From Cyanophora paradoxa CCMP329 (lineage: Eukaryota; Plantae; Glaucophyta): a stretch of 55,682 nucleotides of DNA. The notes under the pieces were generated by a model. The model did not search any database and was not told the origin of the DNA. It saw nothing but the letters and a program-made list of their open reading frames with translations. How positions within the stretch are numbered: the first letter of the stretch is position 1; every line of letters begins with the position of its first letter. The position numbers and the translations under genes were made by a program. Location: assembly GCA_004431415.1 (NCBI GenBank), contig QPMI01000324.1, forward strand, positions 1 to 55,682. The letters run 5' to 3'. Below are positions 23,111 through 35,845 of this stretch, one piece after another.

Positions 23111-23241
23111 GGTGAGCCCGCCTCGGATCGTCGCAGTTTGGGAGCTTCTACTACATCGCCAGCGAGCGGGCGGGGCAGCGGGTGGCTGGAGGACGGGGCG
23201 GTGGAAAAAAAAATGCTGTACCCCAAAAATCAGCATGCGCC

Positions 23242-23409
23242 GGGCGTAGCGGCCCTCCTAGGGCCGCTACGCTCTCTCTGAAGCACTCCCCGGGTCACTA
23301 TTGACCTGGCCGCCTATTGGGGCGGGCCCGCGCCGGGTGGCGGCGCATCGGACACGTGGCCTGGTGGTCTCGTCGCCAATAACGGAGACCACCGTAGTAC
23401 AGGCCACGT
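23242..23409 (+). other. cluster of five consecutive hairpins (structured element)
   Basis: Stems 23244-23272 (13 bp perfect), 23290-23309, 23310-23325, 23330-23346 and 23354-23409 (10+8 bp with a bulge). Confidence 0.55.
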
Positions 23410-24227
23410 AGTTAGTTCGTCAGCGCGGGGTGCGCGCGAGACGACGCGTGCGTATGCAGATTCCGGGGATCAGAACTGCGCCGCCGCTCCGGTACGCATC
23501 AGCGATGCCGGGAGCGACGACGCAACTGACACGCGCGGCCGCGGTAACGCTCTGTCGACCGCTGCCGCGTCCGCCACTTCCCGCCACGCGGCCTCACTGC
23601 CCCCGCAGGACAGCCGCGAGAGGAGTAACACCTCTATGCCTTCGCGTCAAAGCGCGGCATATCTTTCAGTGCCTACGCGACAACGCGCGGCACATCTCTC
23701 CTTGCCCCAGTGCTTGGGGCTGCGAGGCAGGCGCCGCGGCCCCTTGCACTCCAATGGTCGGTCTCTGCCCCTCGTGGGCGACTGGCTCTACACTCTCTAC
23801 ACGGCGATTCTCTTGATCCTCTGGTACGCGCCGGCCAGCACATCGCGCCAGTCTGACCCGCAAGGGAGCGGACGGGCGCCTGCAGCAGCCAAGACGCCCA
23901 GTGCAGCGGCGCCCGCTCACGCCGAGCTCCCTCTCCCCGGCCAGCGACGCCGACGCCACCGCCGCCGCCCGCGCGGGCGCTCGCGCGCGCACCACAGCTA
24001 CGAGGCAGCTACGGCCCGGCGCAGCCAGCATCGCCTCCTGGGCCTCCAGCTCCTTTCCGCAGCCACCGCGGTATGCGCTGCCCTCGCGCTCGCCGCCCCC
24101 GTCGCCGCTGGACTGTCCCTGCCCCCCTCGCCCGGGCCGGCCGCAACGCCGCCCGGCTTCACGGCGCCACAGACGCCAATTCTCAACTCCGTCGTCCTCG
24201 CCCACGCCGCGGCTCTCAGCGCGAAAC

Positions 24228-24985
24228 CCTCGCCCCCGCCGCCCGAGGCCCCCGCCCCGCGCCCCGCCTCGCTCTCGGGTACCCCCGGCCCCCCCTCGCC
24301 CAGGCAGCTGTACCCCCTCCGCCGCAGGAACCGCCGGCGACTGGCGCACTGAGACTTGCCCCGGCGTCGTTAGCGGCGCCCGGTGCCCTCCCTCCCCTCG
24401 CCGCCCCCGCCCCGCGTACTCCCCCGGCGGTACCCTTGCCGAGCGCCCGCCACGGAGCCCCGCCCCGTGGAGCCGTACCCCCCGCCGCGGCGGCCGCCAC
24501 CACGGCGTCCCCTCCTCCTTCAAGGCCCGCGGCCCCGGCCGCTGCCGACTGCGAGCACTCCTCGCCCCCGCCGCCCGAGGCCCCCGCCCCGCGCCCCGCC
24601 TCGCTCTCGGGTACCCCCCGGCCCCCCTCGCCCAGGCAGCTGTACCCCCCCGCTGTAGGAACCGCCGGCGACTGGCGCACTGAGACTTGCCCCGGCGTCG
24701 TTAGCGGCGCCTGGCGCCCTCCCTCCCCTCGCCGCCCCCGCCCCGCGTACTCCCCCGGCGGTACCCTTGCCGAGCGCCCGCCACGGAGCCCCGCCCCCTG
24801 GAGCCGTACCCCCCGCCGCGGCGGCCGCCACCACGGCGTCCCCTTCTCCTTCAAGGCCCGCGGCCCCAGCCGCTGCCGACTGCGAGCACTCCTCGCCCCC
24901 GCCGCCCGAGGCCCCCGCCCCGCGCCCCGCCTCGCTCTTGAGTACCCCCCGGCCTCCGCCCGCCCGGGAAGCCGTACCCCTGCCG
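24228..24985 (+). repeat. GC-rich tandem repeat, ~331-bp unit, ~2.3 copies
   Basis: CCTCGCCCCCGCCGCCCGAGG recurs at 24228, 24560 and 24891. Confidence 0.9.
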
Positions 24986-25216
24986 CAGAGCTCGCCGGCG
25001 ATCTGCGAGCTGAGCTCTGCTCCGGCGCCCTCCGCGGGGTCCAGCGCCCCTCCTCTGCTCGCCGCCCCTGCCCAGTGCACTCCCTTCGCAGTCACACCAC
25101 CAGCCGCTCGCCTCGTCACATTCCCCCGGAGCATCGTCCCCTCTGTCGCCCCTCCCCTGACCCCGCCGCCCGCTGTCTCCATGCCACGCCTCGCTTCGCC
25201 TTCGAACTCGCATACC

Positions 25217-26086
25217 ATGAGTAGGCAGCCGCCCGAACTCGTGATTGAAGCTCGCAGCGGGGGCGCCGGACTCAGGGCGGCGACAGGGGGTACTAGATCT
25301 GCACTCACTGATCTCCATTGTAGTCTGATTCGACACCTACGCCGGACCGTGGCCATGGCTGGCTGCGACGATGTGCTACAGTTTTCGCAACTTGCCCAAG
25401 CGGCACGTCACCCTTATCCAGCCAGCCCAGCAGACCAGCTCGTCATTGACCAAATTTTGGCCGGGGCCGAGCCGCCCACGACACCGTCTGATCCAGCTGC
25501 CGCTCGTAGTCATAGTCTCAACCTCTCAAAAAGCCACGCAGCCCATCTCCCGCCTGAGAGCAAGAACGTACTCAGCGGCCCGGCGAAATCCAAGGAGGCG
25601 GCAGAGCGCAAATTCATTTCTTTGATTCCGACCAAAGAGCATCGGGCGGTTATCGAACATTTCCCTCTACCCGAACGCCAGCTCCAGGACGAAAATAATG
25701 CACCCTCGGACTTCGGCAAGGCAGTCCAAGGGCTGGCCTTCGACGCTACCGCCAACCTTGTGTCAGTCCTCGAGGGAATCGATATAGGCGGCTCTATTGG
25801 TGAAGTAACCGAAGCCACCGACCCTTTCAACATTCCCGAAGCCGACGCTCTAGTTCTTCCACTTGGCCCTGTCTCTCCCGTTCACAAGATACTTCGCGGC
25901 GCCGAATGCTTCTTCCTGGGTGTCCCGGTGCCCCCCCCTCCTGCCCCGAACCCTCGGGCTGCGCACGGCCAGCCCACGCCCGCACGCAGTTTGAGTCGAT
26001 TGCGGAACTCAAGCACCTCTCCCCAGCTGCCTCCTCCCAAGTGGCCCAGAGACTCAACGACTTCCTGGCTGGCAACTCCAACCAAA
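25217..26086 (+). pseudogene. truncated hypothetical ORF, possibly a retroelement ORF1/gag fragment
   Basis: Protein-like composition (DQLVIDQILAG..KEAAERKFISLIP); likely frameshift in the C run ~25935; ends where repeat R begins at 26087; no diagnostic motif. Confidence 0.35.
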
Positions 26087-27558
26087 TTGTGATCATGATG
26101 TGCTCAGTGAGACACATGAAGGTGCACCGACGTTCCGGGAATCGTCAGACCGGACAAAAAATTTATTCCTGTAATCTGGAAGTTAAGGGCTTTCTAAAGA
26201 GGTATTTAGCGTGTCTTGAGTCGATGCTGGCGACCTGTGAGAGCATGGCATGTTTCAACCATGGCCCCTGCATGATCTCAGCGAAAACTCGTATTCAGCC
26301 TTCCAAAAGCGGCATCATATCACTCTTGTAATTAATAACTTACTTCAGGAGTGCTTGAAAGCATATGGATGCGCTTCTGCAGAGACTAATTTGGTCATTT
26401 TCACTTCTTTGCCCCCCTGGATTTCAGCCACAAGAGAGTGCGTCCAGAGGGTCTAGAGTCACAGCTTAGTGTTTAAACAATTACTAGATGCCTGAGTACA
26501 ATTAAAACAAGCATTCGCTTCACTGTTCACACCTGTAGCAGCCCGAAATGCATTTTTCAAGGATACTCGAGGATAATGGCAGGTATTCCCCCCCCCCCTC
26601 TTTTTTTTACGAACGAGCCCCAGCGGTGCCAGCTGCTGCGCTCGCGCCCTTGGCCTCAAGTTCGCTCGGCTGGCTGCAGTGCAGAGTCTGCAGCTCCTCA
26701 GCTTCCCGCTCCAGCTCCCGTCGAGCTCGGGCCAGATGCGCTTCGCACCACGCAGACTTGGCGGCCGCTCGCGGCACGCAGCGCGCGGCTATTTCGCCAG
26801 CCAGATGGTGTTACCGCAGGACTGGCCTCCGCCTCGACTGCATCCGCGCGCCCCGCGCGCTGACTTGCTTGTTCCCAACCGCCCGTCTTCGCCGTGCTCG
26901 CCAAGTTCTTCGCCTACCTGTCCGGATACTCGCCGTACGTCTCACTCACGCCCGCAGATCGCCGTCTCTGACCAGCGGCCTGTTAGGAGCGTTCATGATC
27001 AACGCGTCGACGGTTGGGTGGCACGCTGGCCGCCGCTGACTTCGAGCTCTCGCACGCTTCCGTGCGCGAAGCATTCCTCTAAGATGCGCCCGCATTGCAT
27101 GTGGGTCTGGACTCGCCGGGCGCTGCGTGCGCGCGGAACGACGCCACACTCCCGATTGGCGGCCGCCTCGGGTGCGCCTCCCAAGCATAGCTTGGGGCCA
27201 GCGGCGCGCGAATGCGTAGCTGACGATGCGCAGGACGCGACACGGCGCGGCCTTCGGCGGTGCGGCTCGCCGCACGGGGCAGCAGCGGACGGCGGCGGCA
27301 CGGCTCGCGGGACGGGCAGATCTAGAGGCGCGGCGGGCGGCGGGGTGGCTCGCGGGACGGGGCGGCGGCGCAGCGGGCGGGGGGGCGGCTCGGAGGGCGG
27401 GGCGGAGGCCCGGCGGGTGGAGGCCGATGGGCGGGGTGGAGGCTCGGCAGTCTGCAGCGCGGCTCTGAGGGCGGGGCGGAGGCCCCCCCAGGTGGCGGCG
27501 CCGCTCTCCGGTGTGGCTCTTTACCTCCCCCCCCCCCCCCCGCCCCCCCTCCTCCGAC
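26087..27558 (+). repeat. repeat family R, 3' part; left arm of a 1.47-kb inverted repeat
   Basis: Near-identical reverse complement of 35846-37314; ends in a poly-C tract. Confidence 0.93.
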
Positions 27559-27616
27559 ACAGTCACACCCCAGTTACATCACTAGCTGTACTGTCTCGGT
27601 GTGTGCGAATTCAGTG
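27559..27616 (+). mobile_element. ~55-nt 3'-terminal fragment of the LINE-A family
   Basis: TGTCTCGGTGTGTGCGAATTCA is identical to the reverse complement of ~11714-11735, with similar upstream sequence. Confidence 0.7.
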
Positions 27617-27621
27617 ATCGC

Positions 27622-27922
27622 AGGAGCGTTCATGATCAACGCGTCGACGGTTGGGTGGCACGCTGGCCGCCGCTGACTTTGAGCTCTCGCACGCTTCCGT
27701 GCGCGAAGCGTTCCTCTAAGATGCGCCCGCATTGCATGTGGGTCTGGACTCGCCGGGCGCTGCGTGCGCGCGGAACGACGCCACACTCCCGATTGGCGGC
27801 CGCCTCGGGTGCGCCTCCCAAGCATAGCTTGGGGCCAGCGGCGCGCGAATGCGTAGCTGACGATGCGCAGGACGCGACACGGCGCGGCCTTCGGCGGCGC
27901 GGCTCGCCGCACGGGGCAGCAG
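27622..27922 (+). repeat. repeat R copy, left half (split by LINE-B)
   Basis: Duplicate of ~26985-27285; continues at 34961. Confidence 0.9.
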
Positions 27923-30900
27923 AAGGAGCCCTACGGGCCATGACATTTAACACGCGGGGCTCCAGTGAATCAAAGCTGCAGCAGACTGAAGACTTCTGCC
28001 GGCGGTGGGGGGTAGACTTCTCCGGACTGCAAGAGATCTCTATGTCGAAAGGAGACATCGCAGCCGCGCTCCGCTCGCCCGGCATGGGCGACTTGCCCGA
28101 GGGCGCCATCACCTACGGAAAACTCCTAAGCACGACGAAATCAGCCCGGTGGCACGGCAACGGAGCCGCTCTCTGGGTGGCGCCGCAATGGGTCAAGCAC
28201 CTGACGAAAAAGTACGAAGTGCCGGGTCGGATGATCGGGTTCGAGCTCCGGTTCAAAGAGAACCGCCAGCTGTTCGTCGTGAGCATCTACATGCCTGCGT
28301 CGGAAGCAACAGACGAACACCGACGGGACCAAGACAGAATCCTGCAGGAACTTGAGAAACTGATCGCTGATTTCAGCACGCGGCCGAACGCGCACCTGCT
28401 GCTGCTAGGAGACTGGAACTCGGTGGCTGTCCCGGAACTGTCCCGCGTCCGCAACGGGGCCCCCGTTCCCAGCCGAACGCCGGAACGGAAGTGGTGGAAC
28501 ACGATGATCGACACGTGGGACCTACGCGATGCGGCGATCATGCACTCTGCCGCACACGACAGCGGCGAATGGAGCGCGGCGCGGGAAGTGACGCACAGGA
28601 CGCACCTTCCGAGAAGCGGAGACGATACCGGCGCTAGCGGCTCACACGACGACGACGCTGCACCGGCCGACCTGCCGCGGGACGCCGTCTGGCACGCGGC
28701 GCGCATCGACGCGGTCCTGGTGTCAGAGTCACTTGACAAGGCGCTCCTGAGCGCGCACACCTGCCCGGCACACGTCGATGCGCCTCACGACTCGGATCAC
28801 TTCCCGGTGCTCGCGGACTTCTCGCTGGAGGTCGCAGGCCTGAAGGCACCGACGGGACCGATGCAGACCCCAACGCCGGGATCGCCGGTCTTCGACCCGG
28901 ACTCCCGCAAGCTGACGGACGAGGACAAAGATGAGTTGAAAAGAGACCTCAACAAACGCATCGGCGAAGTGCTGGGCACGGACCTTGAGGCGGTCGGGAG
29001 CGGCACCCGGGAAGAGCGCCTCGAGCGCCTCGCCCGCATCCACACTGAAAGCGCGCGGCTAGTTCAGAAAGTGGCGAAGGACCACAAAGCCATGAAGAGC
29101 AGGGGCTCGCACCCGACCAAGCCACGCAATCTGCCGTGGCAGGCGAAAGCGGACTCCAAGCTGGGCCGGATCTGGGCCGCATGGATACAGGAACCGAGCG
29201 GAATCCCGTCGCTAAGAACGATTGACAAGATAGAGAAGCTCCAGAAGTTCGTGACAAGACAGGAGGGCGCGCGGCCCCTCCCGCTGCGGCCTACAGAACG
29301 GAGGCAAGCGGCAGCTAACGCTGGCGAGGCGACTGCACCAGCGCCTGCCTCGGACCCTAACTCGCCGGGCCAGCGCGAGCGCCCGGACCCCACTGTACCC
29401 CCCCAGCTCTTCGACGCACACGACGGGCATACGAAGCGCGCGCAACTGAAAGAAGACTGGGCATCTTTCTTCAGGGAACTGAAAACCTGGCGAAACGGCA
29501 CCAGGCACGACCTGCAGAAACTGCGGCGGCAAGACAAAGCGGCAGACATTTCCAGGGCCGTAAAGAACCGGCTAGACGACTTCATGGACGGCCACCGCCT
29601 GGGGGCATACATAGCCTCTGTGCTCGAGAAGCCTAAGAGCCGGCCGATAATGCACATCACCCGCCGCTCGCAGGACGGAAAAACGTACGAGATCTATACG
29701 GAACCGGCAGAAGTGAAGCGGCTCCTACGCGAACATTGGAAAACTTGGTGCCAACGACGGCGACCCCGAGTGGGCTGTACTGTCGGGGAGGTGCCGGATA
29801 GCGAGCTGAAAACAAAAAGCGGAAAGCGCCTGCTTGACTTCTGGCAGAAAGAGTACAAGCCGCGCGGGAACCCGGCCCTCTTCGAGAACGATATGGCTGT
29901 GCCATCCGAAACCGAGCTAGGGGACTACATCAAAACGCTAGGCAACACGGCAGCGGGGCCTTCTAACCTCTCCTACGCTATGGCAAAGTTCCTGTGGGCA
30001 AAGATCCCCAAGAAAAAGAAGGAGGGGGCCCCCTCGGGAGACCAGGGCCGAACCGGCGCCCCGCAGGCGGCGGAAGAGGAGGAAGAAGAGGAGCCGGAGC
30101 CCTGGGGCCGGAGGCTACTGCACTCGATGGTAGCGGAAACGATCCGTCTCAGAGACTTGCCAGACTCGGTCTGCCAAGGCAACGTCTTCGGAATCCCAAA
30201 GAACGGAGAGTGGGACGGGGATATTGATAATAACCTGCGGCCAATTACACTCCAAGAGGTAGCCCTGAAGCTCACCACGGGCCTCCTCAACGAGCGTCTG
30301 TCCCGGACAATCCATCAGAACGGGCTGCTGAAGGGTGCAAACTACGGGTTCAGACCTGGGTGCTCCACGGACGACGCCCTGCACGTCTTCAACGCTATGC
30401 TCGAGGACGCAAAGCAGTTCAAGAAGCCCATCTATGTCCTGCTGCAAGATATCAGGCGCGCGTACGACTCGGTATCATGGGAGAGCATGGAGCTCTCGAT
30501 GCGGAGGCTGTGCATACCGGAAGGGTACATCGAACTCCACAGAAACATCTTCCGCCGGCGCCGAGCCAGGGCGATCTCGGGGCACGGCCTCTCCGACGAG
30601 TTCGAGCTTGAGTGCGGCCTCCCGCAGGGCGGCGTCGAATCGCCGCTGCACTGGCTGATCTTCTACGACGCGCTCCTCTGCGCGCAAGAGAGAATGGACG
30701 AAATCGAGCGTCAGGACAGCCGGGCTAGCTCGGTGGCAGGCTGGCTGCAGTCGGGGACGGGGACGGCTTACGTGATGGGGGACCCAAAAGAGAAGAGCCA
30801 GGCCGAGCTCGGTCGGCGAGCACGGGTCTGCGGCCTGGCGTACGCAGACGATACGAAGTGGGCGAGCAGCAGCCTCGCGGGGCTGCAAATAATGGCCGAC

Positions 30901-33900
30901 ATGGCAGGCGAGTTCTTCCGCCTGCACGATATCGAAGTCAATGCAAAGAAAACGATCTTCACGTGGAACAACGCGCCCCGCGAGTTTGAGAGCGTCGCGG
31001 GGGCGCACCCCGCCGCGAAGAAGAAGGAGAAGAAACCGACGCCGCCGCGCATAAACGGTACCCCCGTCGGGGTGGTCCTCGAGCCCCACGAACACTTCAA
31101 GCTCCTCGGAGTGTACATGAGCGCGAACCTCAACTGGGGGCGGCAGTGGCAGTACATACGTGATCAGGCACGCAACGCCCTGAAGACGATTGAACGCAAA
31201 AAGCTCACCGCAAACGAGGCATGCTACCTGGTGCAGGCCGTGGTGCAGGCACGCATCGCTTACGGCCTGAAGCTGATGACGATGGACGATCAGCAGTGCA
31301 AAGAACTGGATAGGATATGGATGCGGGTAGTGAAGCACCACGCGCACCTAGCCTCATCGACGACAAACTACGTCATCTGGAGTCAGGGGGGGTACAGCCT
31401 CAAGCGCACCGAGCACCTGCAGGCGGAGGTTCAGATCGTGGAAGCGCAAATCGGCCTGTGCGCACCAGAGGACTCGCTGCTGGCCCGCGTAGTCCGTCAC
31501 CACGTGCAGGCCCTCCAGGAGAAGCTGGGGGTACCGCTGCTCCCGACCGAATTCTTGAACGCTCCCGTCTCGAGAGATGACGTTCGAACGAACTGCCTGG
31601 CGGCGCTAATGCCCCAGATGCAGCGGCGTCAGTACAGGCTGATGTCCAATCACGAGCGCTATGCCGCTTTCCGGCAAGTACCGGGGGCGGAGCCGTGGCC
31701 GGAGCCGGCACGGTTGGATCGGCGCTTCGTCCTGGCGTGGCACATCCCGCGCTCGATTTTCAGGGAAGCAGCGCCCAAGCTCTACGCTGCTGGGGTGGTC
31801 ACGATGGATGCAGTGACGGCGGCGGACGGGGCCTCCGTGCGAACCTGGCAGGACTTGTACATGAGGGCCCCCAGAGAGACGCTCCCGCGGGCTGAACCTG
31901 CGTGGTGGCGAGTGCTCAGGGACGCCATCACGAGTGACGGAAAGCAGCTACAATACCCCATGAGGAAGGCGGGCACGCGGCCCTCGCCGATGGCCGCCCT
32001 CACAGCTGGGGCCCGGCAAGTAAGATGGGAGAAGGACTCCTTCGTAGCGGTGTTCGACACGGCGAACCTTCACGAGGATGAGGCGCTGCCCATGGTGGGA
32101 CGGGTCGCGAACTGGCGCTCAGAGGCGGGCAGCATACGCGCGTACCAGTACCTCCTGCAGCACTGGGTGCCAGTACCCGACGCGGCCGACCCGAACGCCG
32201 AGGGCGCAGGCCTGTACTGCCGCTGCGACGGGCACTGTCAGAAAACGGAACCCAAGAAACGCAAATGAACGTACACGGCGATCCAGGGAAGCGGAAAGAA
32301 CTACTGGCACCGGGACGCGCGATGCGAACATGCCGATCCGAGCCAGTGTCCCGAGATGAGCCAATGCGACGGACCCTGGGCAGAGGGTCAGGGCTGGTGG
32401 GAAGACGAGGATGCCCTCTTCGGACTGACCGGCGAGGTACTCAAGGAACCTATCCACATCACCAGGCCGGACACGGCTGGCGGCGGACAGACGACGGCGT
32501 CAACAAGAGGGCGCAAGCAGACCCACACGGGCCCGACCCTGGCGTACTTTGACCCCGGCCTGCTGGACAAGCAGAAGCACCAGCAGCCGCTCCTCCTCGC
32601 CCGAGTGAAAGCAGTCCAAGACGGAGATGAGCGGTTCCTCCGCCGCGCCCTACTCCCGGAGGCGGAGGCGGCGCTGCAAACAGCGCTCGAGATGGCGTTG
32701 GCGGCAGAGCCGAGGGCCGAACCGCTGGATGAAGCACCGCCCGTCTCAAACCCCCGCGAACTGAGAGATCTGTATTAGGCGAGCTTCGGGCCTGAGACGT
32801 GGAGCGAGCAGGACGGCCAGTACTGGCAGCACGCACTCGCGCTCTGGGAGACGATCGAGAAGTACGAGCTCGAGAAGCACGGCAACGCGCATCCGAGGTT
32901 ACTGAACATATGGACGGACGGGAGCCTATTCAAGGGTCAGACGGAAGGCGCACACGCGGGCTACGGCGTGGTGGTACCTGCGACCGCTGCGGACGGCGAG
33001 CGGCTGAACCCGGACGAGGCTGCGACCGAATGCCTCGGCCGGCTTCGAGGGCTCCAGGAGATCAATAAAGCTGAACTCCAAGCGGCGATCGTGGCAGACG
33101 TACTCGCACCAAACGGGATGCGCCTGCACACGGACAGTCAGAACGTCTGCACGTGGTACCAGAAGTTCGTGCGGAACGCACACCAGCAGCACGCGCGCGA
33201 CTATGTCAGACACCCCTGCAATGCAGAGCTGTATGCCTGGTCGCGCTTCCGAGCCCTGATGCAGCAACGAGAACACCGAAGAGCGGTGGCACTCGTCAAG
33301 GTCAAAGCCCATAGCAAGAGGGAACCCCTCCATGAACTAAACGATGCGGCTGACAAGGCGGCCAAACGGGCGGCCAAGCTCGAGCCGCAGCCGCCAAACA
33401 CGCTGACAGAGGACATCTTCCTCCCGCCCGCGTTCAGCATGCCGGCGGTGCTGACGATCCAAGGGCCAGACAGGATAGTGCGGCGGGTCGAAGGAGATCC
33501 CCGGCGGCATGCTGCTGTGCTGCACGCGCACCACACGCACTTCGCCTGGGAGAACCAGCTGAACGCGGGGGAATGGCTGCGAGCGACGGTGGACCACGGC
33601 GCAGTGTACGATCAGATGGCAATGGGACCCCGCCGCGTCGGTGTGAGCCAAGAGAGCAACTGCTTCAGGGGTACTCACGCGAAGCTCGTGCTGGGTACGG
33701 TGGCTGCAGCCTCGGTCCGCAAACGCGACGCGCCGGAGCTCTACAGTGAGATAAACCCCGGCGGGTTCTGCGCCCTCTGCAGCGTACGCCAGACAGATAA
33801 CGAGGGCTGGCCCCGACTCGTTGCTGGCCCCGTGGAGACGCTCGAACACGTCCTCTCCTGCCCCAGCGCGCCAGCGGTAACGGCACGCGCGGAAGCAGAA

Positions 33901-34960
33901 GCCAAAATAGCAGAGGTAGTCGCCAGCGAGCTACCGGAGGCACTCAAGCGGTCGGTACCGCAGGCGCTTGCTACGTCTCTGAAGGTCACGCGCGTGGCTG
34001 ACCCGACCCTCACACAGGCAGAGAGACAAACTCAGCTTTGGGTGCTGCGCGGGCTGCCACCAGCCGGCCTCACTGATCTGATTCGCGAGACCGTCGAGGA
34101 CGAGGTCCAGGCGGGCAAGATCGCCCGCAAGCTAACGAAAGCGATCGGTGAACAGGCGCACAAAACCTGGGCAGCACGATGCAAAGCGTACGTGGACTGG
34201 GAGAAGGAGTGCGGGATCACGAAGATGATGAAAGAGCGACGCGCAAAGCCCCCACGCGCCGAGCCGCGCCCCCGAGAGACGGCCGCGAAACCTGGCGGGC
34301 ACCGACGCAAGCGCAGGAAACTCGCAATCGACGAGCCGGTACAGCCGTGCGAGCGCTGCGCTGAGTGCCATGCGCTTATGTCTAGGCACCGGGGTGGGGA
34401 CGCCCTGGCCCGACATGACCTGCTCGGGGCGGGGCGGGGAGGGGAGGGCCGGGGCGGCTGGGTCCGGGCGGCGGAGGCAATGCAGGTGTACGACCACACC
34501 AACAGGTATGCATGGGGCGTGGGGACAGCAAGGACCAGACCACGTTAAACGCTGAGAGGGGGTGCTTTCTGGGGGGGGGCTGGGGGGGCACGGCGGGGAC
34601 AACAACACGAGGAGGACGCAAACAGTGGAGCGGGAGCCAGTAGCCCACTAAACAGGGGCTGGCCAGCAACTCTTCTCTTTCACACCTTTTCTTTCTCTAG
34701 CTGCGGCATGCTACGAGGATGGAGTAGGGCATTGCCGACAGAGATTAGGATCTTTGGACATATAATTAGGCTTCCGTAGGACTTAGAAATGCAGCAAAGT
34801 AGACGTCACAGGAAAAGTAGAAACGCAGTTGTACTTAGAATGTTTAGGCACAGCACGCGAGAGTCCTCATATTCTCTTCCTGGATACTGTTTTCAGTGAG
34901 GGTATGGTCGACGTTTCGACTTCATTGTTGTATGGATGTGCTAATGCAAATCCTGTAAGA
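27923..34960 (+). mobile_element. non-LTR retrotransposon LINE-B, 5'-truncated
   Basis: Boundaries defined by the intact R copy (GCAGCAG-CGG-ACGGCGGC); ~410-nt 3' UTR ending TGTAAGA. Confidence 0.88.
27940..34548 (+). pseudogene. LINE-B pol (APE-RT-RNase H-CCHC) with two in-frame stops
   Basis: FNTRG, LQE, GDWN, SDH; LRPITL, LPQG, YADD; WTDGS, AEL, HTD, KAH; CALC..ETLEHVLSC. ORFs 27601, 32356 and 32968 share one frame; stops are TGA 32266-32268 and TAG 32776-32778. Confidence 0.93.
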
Positions 34961-35215
34961 ACGGCGGCGGCACGGCTCGCGGGACGGGCAGATCTAGAGG
35001 CGCGGCGGGCGGCGGCGCGGCTCGCCGGGCGGGGCGGCGGCGCAGCGGGCGGCGGCGCGGCTCGACGGGCGGGCGGAGGCCCGGCGGGTGGAGGCGGATG
35101 GGCGGGGTGGAGGCTCGGCGGTCGGCGGCGCGGCTCTGAGGGCGGGCGGAGGCCCCCCAGGTGGCGGCGCCGCTCTCCGGTATGGCTCTTTACCTCCCCC
35201 CCCCCCCCCGCCCCC
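34961..35215 (+). repeat. repeat R copy, right half
   Basis: Matches ~27289-27545 through the poly-C tract. Confidence 0.88.
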
Positions 35216-35845
35216 ATGTCAATGTCCATCACAGTTTAATCTTGCAGGTCCACGCGATAATAAGATCTAGAGTTGAAATGCAGCAACATCGATCTTGTAG
35301 GCACTCGCCCACCCTGAGGCTGCTCGGAGGGGATCTCTAGGGGACGCGCCATTCTCCTGGTCAAACAGTCCCGACCCGAAGTGAGCCGAGGGCGAGCCAC
35401 CCCGCCGCCCGCCGCACCTCCGCCAGTCCCGTGAGCCGCCCCGCGGCCCGCCGCGCAGACTCTGGAAGGGAGTGCTCGGGCGAGGCCGGCGGCGGCTGCG
35501 CGGGCGCCCGTGGGCTCAGGGGCCCGCTGCCGAGGGCGGGATCTCGACGCCCAGCGAGGGGCGCCGGGGGCCCGGGCCGGCGCGCTGAGGTCCTGCCCCT
35601 GCAGCGAGGGCCACCGCCCGACCGCCGCCGCGCCGTCTGCCGCCGCCGCCACGGCCGCCGCCGCCAGCGCCGCCACCGTCGACGAGGCCGGCGGGGAGAG
35701 GGACTCGCCTTGGCCGCCGCCGCCGGCGGGCGGGAGGCGCCGCCTTGGCCGGCACGGTGCCCGGCGGGGTAGACGACCCCGCGGTGAGTCTGGCGGGTAC
35801 GGGAATCAGCAGCAGTCGGAAAGGGTGGGGGTACGACCAGGGGCG

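Noticed and set aside
23244-23282. Helitron 3' end (hairpin + CTRR)
   Set aside because: CTGA follows the hairpin by only ~5 nt and is not followed by T; no 5' TC end or RepHel was identified.
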